DNA of 61,589 nucleotides, the filler included, from Deltaproteobacteria bacterium (lineage in GTDB: Bacteria > JAEEML01), in assembly GCA_016283195.1 (NCBI GenBank). It is 7 parts of 7 records of this genome, joined end to end, with 100 filler letters (N's around TTAATTAATTAA, not from the genome) between each part and the next. Parts side by side here need not be neighbours in the genome. Positions count along the whole stretch, not along the records: positions 52,310 to 61,589 come from JAEEML010000008.1; 6 more parts are not named here. One strand, written 5' to 3'. Made by a program: the position numbers and the translations under genes. Below, in pieces: positions 56,238-61,589 of this stretch. Under the pieces are notes generated by a model that saw only the letters and a program-made list of their open reading frames with translations, was not told the origin of the DNA and did no database searches. Numbering within the stretch: position 1 is the stretch's first letter; each line of letters starts with the position of its first letter.

Positions 56238-59200
56238 ATGTCGTTTACCGCTAATGAAATCCGCGAAATGTTTCTCTCTTTCTTTGAAGAAAAGGGCCAC
56301 CGCCGCTGCCGTTCTTACCCGCTGGTGCCGCCGGGTGACCCCACCCTCTATTTTACCAATGCCGGCATGGTGCAGTTTAAAGATGTCTTTACCGGGGCTA
56401 AAGTGCTGGATTTTAAGCGGGCAACAACGGCCCAAAAGTGCCTGAGAGTGGCCGGTAAACACAACGACCTGGAAGAGGTGGGCGTAACCACCCGCCATCA
56501 CACCATGTTTGAAATGCTGGGCAACTTTTCCTTTGGCGATTATTTTAAAAATGAAGTTATTCCCTGGGCCTGGGAGCTTTTGACCGAGCGCTATAAACTC
56601 GATCCCAATCGCCTCTATGCCACCGTTTTTGCCGGTGAAGGCGATATTCCGCGCGATACCGAAGCCGAGCATATTTGGCGCGATGTCATTGGCCTGCCCG
56701 CCGAGCGGGTGCTCTTTTTTGGTGCCAAAGACAACTTTTGGTCTATGGGCGAGACCGGCCCCTGTGGCCCCTGCTCGGAAATCCTCTATGACCAGGGGCC
56801 GGGCGTGGTGCCCTGTAATAATCCACACTGCGACCCAACTTGTGATTGCGGGCGCTATCTGGAGATTTGGAATCTCGTCTTTATGCAATTTAACCGCAAT
56901 GAAAAGGGCGAGATGCAGCCGCTGCCGCGCCCCTCTATTGATACCGGCCTGGGCCTGGAGCGCATTGCCGCTATTTTGCAAGGCGAGCACAGTAATTTCC
57001 ATAGCGATATTTTTATGCCGCTCATTAACAAGGTGGCCGAGCTGGCCGGTAAGAGCTATGGCCGCTCGCAAAGTGCCGACGATATTTCCATGCGCGTCAT
57101 TGCCGACCACTCAAGGGCTACCACTTTCCTCATTGCCGACGGCGTTTTGCCCTCCAACGAGGGGCGCGGTTATGTCTTGCGCCGCATTATGCGCCGCGCT
57201 ATCCGCCATGCCCACCGCCTAGGCATAAAAGAGCTCTTTATGGCGGTTATGGCCGAAGAAGTGGCGCGGCAAATGGGCGATGTTTATGAAGAACTCACCA
57301 AAAACCTCTCTTTTGTCAAAGAGGTGGTAAATGCCGAAGAAAAGGCTTTTAGAAAGACTATTGATAACGGCCTGAAACTTTTGGGCAAAGCGGTAGAAGA
57401 GGCGCGGGCCTCTGGGCGCGACATCCTGGACGGAGCCACTATTTTTAAACTCTACGATACTTACGGCTTCCCCATGGATTTGACCCGCGTTATTGCCGCT
57501 GAAGAGAAGATGCACCTTGATGAAGCCGGTTTTGAAAAAGAGATGGAGGCGCAGCGCAAACGGGCCGGCGCTTTTAAATCCACTCAGGCGACCGCCGAGA
57601 TTTATCAGGCACTCTCCCGCGCTCTCGGCAAAATCGAATTTATCGGCTATCCTCATGAGAGTAAGCCCTTAAACGAGAGAAAGGAGCAGTGGGAGCGGCG
57701 CACTGTTTCGGATAAAAGCTATATCGGCTCAAAAAGCCAAATTGCCGCCATTTTGCACGAGAGCCAGCTCTCGCAGGATGCGGCTATTAGTGCCGGTGAG
57801 CGCTTTGAAGTGGTTGTCTCCCCGGCGCCCTTTTATGGCGAAAGCGGCGGCCAGGTGGGCGATATTGGCTACATTTGGCTAAAAGAGGCGGCCGAGCCGA
57901 CTTTGAAAGTAATTAATACCATTAAGCCGGTGGAAGGGCTTATTATCGCCCAGGTGGAAGCGCTTACTGCTTGTGAACTAACTGTCGGCACGGCGGTTTT
58001 TGCCGCTTATGATGAAGATCGGCGCCTGAGAATTCGCGCTCATCACAGCGGCACGCACCTTTTGCAAGGCGGCTTGCAGCACATTTTGGGCGACCATGTG
58101 CGCCAGTCCGGTTCTATGGTTTCAGATGAGAGATTGCGCTTTGATTACAGCCACTTCTCGCAGCCTACCAATGAGCAGCTCGCCGCTGTGGAAGATTTTG
58201 TCATGGCTCGTGCCGCCACCCCGCACGAGGTGGTGACCGAGGTGCTGCCATACGATGAAGCGGCCAAAAAGGGCGCCATGATGCTTTTTGGCGAAAAGTA
58301 TGGCGATGTGGTGCGCGTGGTAACTATGGCCGATTCCATGGAATTTTGCGGCGGTACCCATGTGGCTTCCACCAAGGAGGTGGCTCCGCTCATTATTATA
58401 AAGGACGAGGCTCTTTCGGCCGGAGTGCGCCGTATTGAGGCTCTCGCCGGCGCGGCGGCGCGCGACAAGGTGGCCTTTTACCATGACTGGCTCTATAACG
58501 TGCTGGTAAAAGCCATGGGCGGCGCCAGCCAGCCCAAAGAGGTAGATGGCGGCGAAGGGCAACTTAGCGCCATTAGAGCCGCTGTGGAAAAGCTGCGCCA
58601 ACGGGGCGAAGAGCTTTCCGGCAACTTAGCGGGCCTGATTGACCAGGAAGTGGCAGTGCTCTCGGCCGAAAAAATGAGCGCCGCCGCGCCGGACGAAGTG
58701 CTAAAAATATGGCGCGCCGATCGCCAGCTCTTGCAAGAATTACAGCAAATTTTAAATGGCAAAGTAAATGAGCTGGATAGCGCACTCGATGCTTTAGAAA
58801 ATGACAACCCGCTGGCTAAATCTCTCTTAAAAGTGCTGGTTACTTTGCGCAAGCTGGTAAATACCGGCGAAGAGCTTTTAAAGCAAAAAGCCGCCGCCGC
58901 TGCCGATAACCTGGCCGATGACCTTTTGGCAAAGGCCGAAAAAGTTGGCGATATTACTATTGTTTCCGGCCGCGTTGACCAAATCGGGGCCGGAGAGCTG
59001 CGCAATTTGGCCGATCAAATTCGTTCCAAGAACGATAAAGTTATTCTCTGCCTGGTGCGCAAAGCCGATAAGGTGAATATTCTAGTGGCATTAAGCGCCG
59101 CTCTCACCAAAGAGTATAATAGCGGCAAGATAGTGGGCGAGCTGGCGGCTATTGTGGGCGGCCGCGGCGGCGGTAAGCCGGATTTGGCGCAGGCCGGCGG

Positions 59201-59261
59201 CAGCGATGTAACTAAAGCCGACGAAATTATCCCCGCCTTTTTGCAAATAGTTAAAAAATAA
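56238..59261 (+). CDS. alaS: Alanine--tRNA ligase
   Basis: FTNAGMVQFK, HHTMFEMLGNFSFGDYFK, IDTGLGLER, editing motifs HSGTH and CGGTH, GGRGGG.PDLAQAGG. Confidence 0.99.
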   Translation: MSFTANEIREMFLSFFEEKGHRRCRSYPLVPPGDPTLYFTNAGMVQFKDVFTGAKVLDFKRATTAQKCLRVAGKHNDLEEVGVTTRHHTMFEMLGNFSFGDYFKNEVIPWAWELLTERYKLDPNRLYATVFAGEGDIPRDTEAEHIWRDVIGLPAERVLFFGAKDNFWSMGETGPCGPCSEILYDQGPGVVPCNNPHCDPTCDCGRYLEIWNLVFMQFNRNEKGEMQPLPRPSIDTGLGLERIAAILQGEHSNFHSDIFMPLINKVAELAGKSYGRSQSADDISMRVIADHSRATTFLIADGVLPSNEGRGYVLRRIMRRAIRHAHRLGIKELFMAVMAEEVARQMGDVYEELTKNLSFVKEVVNAEEKAFRKTIDNGLKLLGKAVEEARASGRDILDGATIFKLYDTYGFPMDLTRVIAAEEKMHLDEAGFEKEMEAQRKRAGAFKSTQATAEIYQALSRALGKIEFIGYPHESKPLNERKEQWERRTVSDKSYIGSKSQIAAILHESQLSQDAAISAGERFEVVVSPAPFYGESGGQVGDIGYIWLKEAAEPTLKVINTIKPVEGLIIAQVEALTACELTVGTAVFAAYDEDRRLRIRAHHSGTHLLQGGLQHILGDHVRQSGSMVSDERLRFDYSHFSQPTNEQLAAVEDFVMARAATPHEVVTEVLPYDEAAKKGAMMLFGEKYGDVVRVVTMADSMEFCGGTHVASTKEVAPLIIIKDEALSAGVRRIEALAGAAARDKVAFYHDWLYNVLVKAMGGASQPKEVDGGEGQLSAIRAAVEKLRQRGEELSGNLAGLIDQEVAVLSAEKMSAAAPDEVLKIWRADRQLLQELQQILNGKVNELDSALDALENDNPLAKSLLKVLVTLRKLVNTGEELLKQKAAAAADNLADDLLAKAEKVGDITIVSGRVDQIGAGELRNLADQIRSKNDKVILCLVRKADKVNILVALSAALTKEYNSGKIVGELAAIVGGRGGGKPDLAQAGGSDVTKADEIIPAFLQIVKK

Positions 59262-59422
59262 TTGCCCCTGCTTTGCGGGGTATGGCTGGCCATTAAAAGC
59301 CTGGTGATCGGACAGCACAAGCGGAAGGCATTGGCACTAGGGAAAAGCGGGGCATCGGTAGCTAGTTGTTAATTGTGATTTTATGGCGTTATTATCTGGA
59401 GTACCTGGCCACTTTTGCCAGC

Positions 59423-60628
59423 TTAATGAAACAGCCCGCGATGGCCGTGGCCGTGATGCTTACTGCGGTGCCGGTGCACTTTTTCGCCGGCTTTCAATAA
59501 CATAATATCGCCGGGGGTCAAGGTACCATCACTATTTCTATAATCATCACTACTGCTATCTTGTTGGCCAAAGTGCTCGTTAGGATGGAAGAGATAATAA
59601 ATAAGGCCGTGTTCGGTACGTGATTCCGGATGGGTAAACGAATAGCCAGTGAGTATCATAATAACAAAATCTACCGCATAAATACCGAGCGCAATAATTA
59701 AACCTACCAAACAGAAGGCTACTATGCAAAGAATAGTGCCTACTACTCCACCATCTTTATCAGTTGTGCCGTCTCCTTGCGTAGTAGGCTCTGTCACAGT
59801 GTCAGCCGGCGTGGCCAGCAATTTATCATCAGCGGGTTTAACTGTTTCCGCCTCCGCATTGGTACTCACCATTTTTACCGCCTTTAATACCGCTTCTTTC
59901 TGCTCTTTCTCCGATACTCCGGCCTCTTTAGCGCTAAAATCAAATATCCCTTTGACAACGCTGCTTAGCTTCTCCACGCTCATCTTTTGGGAGAGGGCGG
60001 AGAATTTATTTCCCAGCTCATCTTGCGAATCACTAAGGCTTTTAAGGAGCTCATCTTTTTGGCCAAGCGTTTTTTTCTTTACCGCTAACACTTTGTTCTT
60101 TTGTAATAATTCTGCCGTTTTTTGATACATGGCATCGGTAGCGCTATCTTCCCCCGCCAGGCTATCGCTGGCGCTATCAGCCAAATCGCCCAAAGTCTTT
60201 TTAATGGTTTCCAAAATAGCAGCCACTTGGCCCAAATCTTCCTCCGGCAGCTTTTCGGCCATATTTAGGGCTTTTTGCTTAAGATTTTGCGCCTTAGCCA
60301 TAGCTGCTTCGCTGCTGCCGTCCAGGTTATTTTTTATGGCCGCCGCGGAATCTATAGCCTTCTTGGCACTCTCTTTGGCGCTATCCACCATTTGGCCCAC
60401 ATCCGGCACCTCGCCGCTCAGCGAAATTTTCAGGCTACCGATGCCGAGTTCCAGCTTTTTTTCGCCGGAAGCCGCTTCTGCTGCCTGGTTACTTTCCGCC
60501 GGCTTCTTGCGCGAGCAGCCGGCCGTGGTTACCGAGGAAAAAGCCAGCAAAGTAATGAGTGTAACCATTTGGCCAAAGGTGCTTTTTAAAATAAAGGTGA
60601 GTATTTTCTTTCTATCTGTTTTGGGCAT
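59423..60628 (-). CDS. Hypothetical membrane/lipoprotein with coiled-coil region and His-rich tail
   Basis: Hydrophobic N-terminus with TAGC, Ala/Lys/Ser-rich helices, long hydrophobic segment near C-terminus, ends HRHRSKHHGHGHRGLFH. Confidence 0.65.
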   Translation of the reverse strand: MPKTDRKKILTFILKSTFGQMVTLITLLAFSSVTTAGCSRKKPAESNQAAEAASGEKKLELGIGSLKISLSGEVPDVGQMVDSAKESAKKAIDSAAAIKNNLDGSSEAAMAKAQNLKQKALNMAEKLPEEDLGQVAAILETIKKTLGDLADSASDSLAGEDSATDAMYQKTAELLQKNKVLAVKKKTLGQKDELLKSLSDSQDELGNKFSALSQKMSVEKLSSVVKGIFDFSAKEAGVSEKEQKEAVLKAVKMVSTNAEAETVKPADDKLLATPADTVTEPTTQGDGTTDKDGGVVGTILCIVAFCLVGLIIALGIYAVDFVIMILTGYSFTHPESRTEHGLIYYLFHPNEHFGQQDSSSDDYRNSDGTLTPGDIMLLKAGEKVHRHRSKHHGHGHRGLFH

Positions 60629-61001
60629 ATTAAGCTCCCTACCTGTGCTTGCTCTTTGGCTAATAATTATTTAATAGCCGCATATCTTTGCCATCTCATA
60701 GCAGAAAAGTGCCGTAGTGAGCAAGTGGGGGCAAAATGGAGAGTGCAAATGGCAATTTTTGCCCAATATGATGCAGAAGATGTGAGCGCAGACTTTCAGC
60801 ATTTTTGAGCTTGATTAATAAATATGTTGCTTTTTATACTTCCCCCGCGAAGTGGCCAGATATCTTTAAGGCCAACTAACTTTTTTTAGGAGCAAGAATT
60901 TGCCCGCAAATTAGAGCCCCAAAATTAATGCGCTGCCTTAGCTGCCGGCCTTTTTTTTAGTGTTAGTGCAGCTATGAGCGGCAGGCTCTTTAAGGTGTTA
61001 G

Positions 61002-61589
61002 ATGCAAGATAATAATTGGCTGGATGAGCCCGCTGGCAGCCGGCGCTATTTTGGCTTTCAATGGCATATTACCGATAGATGCAATTTGCGCTGTAAGCAC
61101 TGTTACCAGGATAGCTATTCGCCGGAAAGTGAGCTCCCGGCGGCGGCTCTTATGGCGATGGTGCAAAAGATCTTTCATACTTTGCCAGAGAGTGAAATAG
61201 AGATCAATCTCACCGGCGGCGAGCCGCTCTTTTATCCGGAGATTTTTGACCTTTTGGAGCGGCTCGCCGCCTATCCGCGCCTTACTGAGCTCAATATTAT
61301 CACCAATGGCACCCTGATAGACCGAGCTATGGCCCGCCACCTGGCCTCTTTGCCGCAAATATCGGCCATCAAAATATCCCTCGAAGGAGGGGGCGCCGCT
61401 GAAAATGACGCCATTCGCGGGGCCGGCCATTGGCAAAAGCTCTTAAGAGCCATAGAAGCGCTTAAAGCGGAAGATATACCCATTGTTCTCATGGTTACCC
61501 TTTCGGCGCATAATTACAAAAGCATTGGCGCTATTGCCGATTTTGCCTATAGGGAGCAGCTCTCCGGTGTAATATTTGAGCGTTTTGTA
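61002..61589 (+). CDS. Radical SAM protein (3' truncated by window edge; absent from ORF track)
   Basis: Own translation: MQDNNWLDEPAGSRRYFGFQWHITDRCNLRCKHCYQ...INLTGGEPL...IITNGTL...ISLEG; TAAGG RBS. Confidence 0.92.
   Translation, partial: MQDNNWLDEPAGSRRYFGFQWHITDRCNLRCKHCYQDSYSPESELPAAALMAMVQKIFHTLPESEIEINLTGGEPLFYPEIFDLLERLAAYPRLTELNIITNGTLIDRAMARHLASLPQISAIKISLEGGGAAENDAIRGAGHWQKLLRAIEALKAEDIPIVLMVTLSAHNYKSIGAIADFAYREQLSGVIFERFV

Noticed and set aside
56160-57110. Long antisense ORFs (this 316-aa one and others opposite pnp, fusA, metK and the kinase)
   Set aside because: Shadow frames of conserved genes caused by codon bias; no independent motifs or RBS.
60990-61436. 148-aa minus-strand ORF at the window end
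   Set aside because: Antisense to the radical SAM gene on the plus strand.

Overview
This window is not one locus. It is seven assembly contigs (1-11349, 11450-15185, 15286-32179, 32280-36316, 36417-45672, 45773-52209, 52310-61589) joined by artificial 100-bp linkers (N44-TTAATTAATTAA-N44), so gene adjacency only means something within a contig. The core genes look myxobacterial/deltaproteobacterial: a Pkn-type kinase with PEGA-like domains, a Myxococcus-type Cys-rich lipoprotein, a TonB-family protein, an spdEFG1-like EF-G, a Flp pilin and an SctN ATPase. GC is only moderate by eye. Several accessory genes resemble gut-anaerobe (Firmicutes/Treponema/Fibrobacter) families. Housekeeping genes are pepT, rpsO-pnp, proC, fusA, pckG, folE, metK, uppP, pepF and alaS. 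The best leads are: (1) a tightly coupled sctN - Ser/Thr kinase - ycaO - tfuA - DUF4921 run, a thioamidation pair with no visible precursor peptide; (2) an encapsulin-cargo-type cysteine desulfurase directly upstream of a ThiS(-GGGR)/ThiF/JAB/TusA sulfur-carrier module; (3) an Rpn-family nuclease with a strong intragenic RBS+ATG, flanked by a 58-bp duplicated promoter; (4) an A14 tract filling the -35/-10 spacer of a small lipoprotein promoter, a possible phase-variation switch; (5) an ACT-beta-alpha fused serine dehydratase; (6) larEBC coupled to a formyltransferase and an ATP-grasp/HAD gene, with no larA on the contig. All family calls come from motif recognition by eye; no database searches were run. 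No rRNA, tRNA, CRISPR array or reverse transcriptase was seen.
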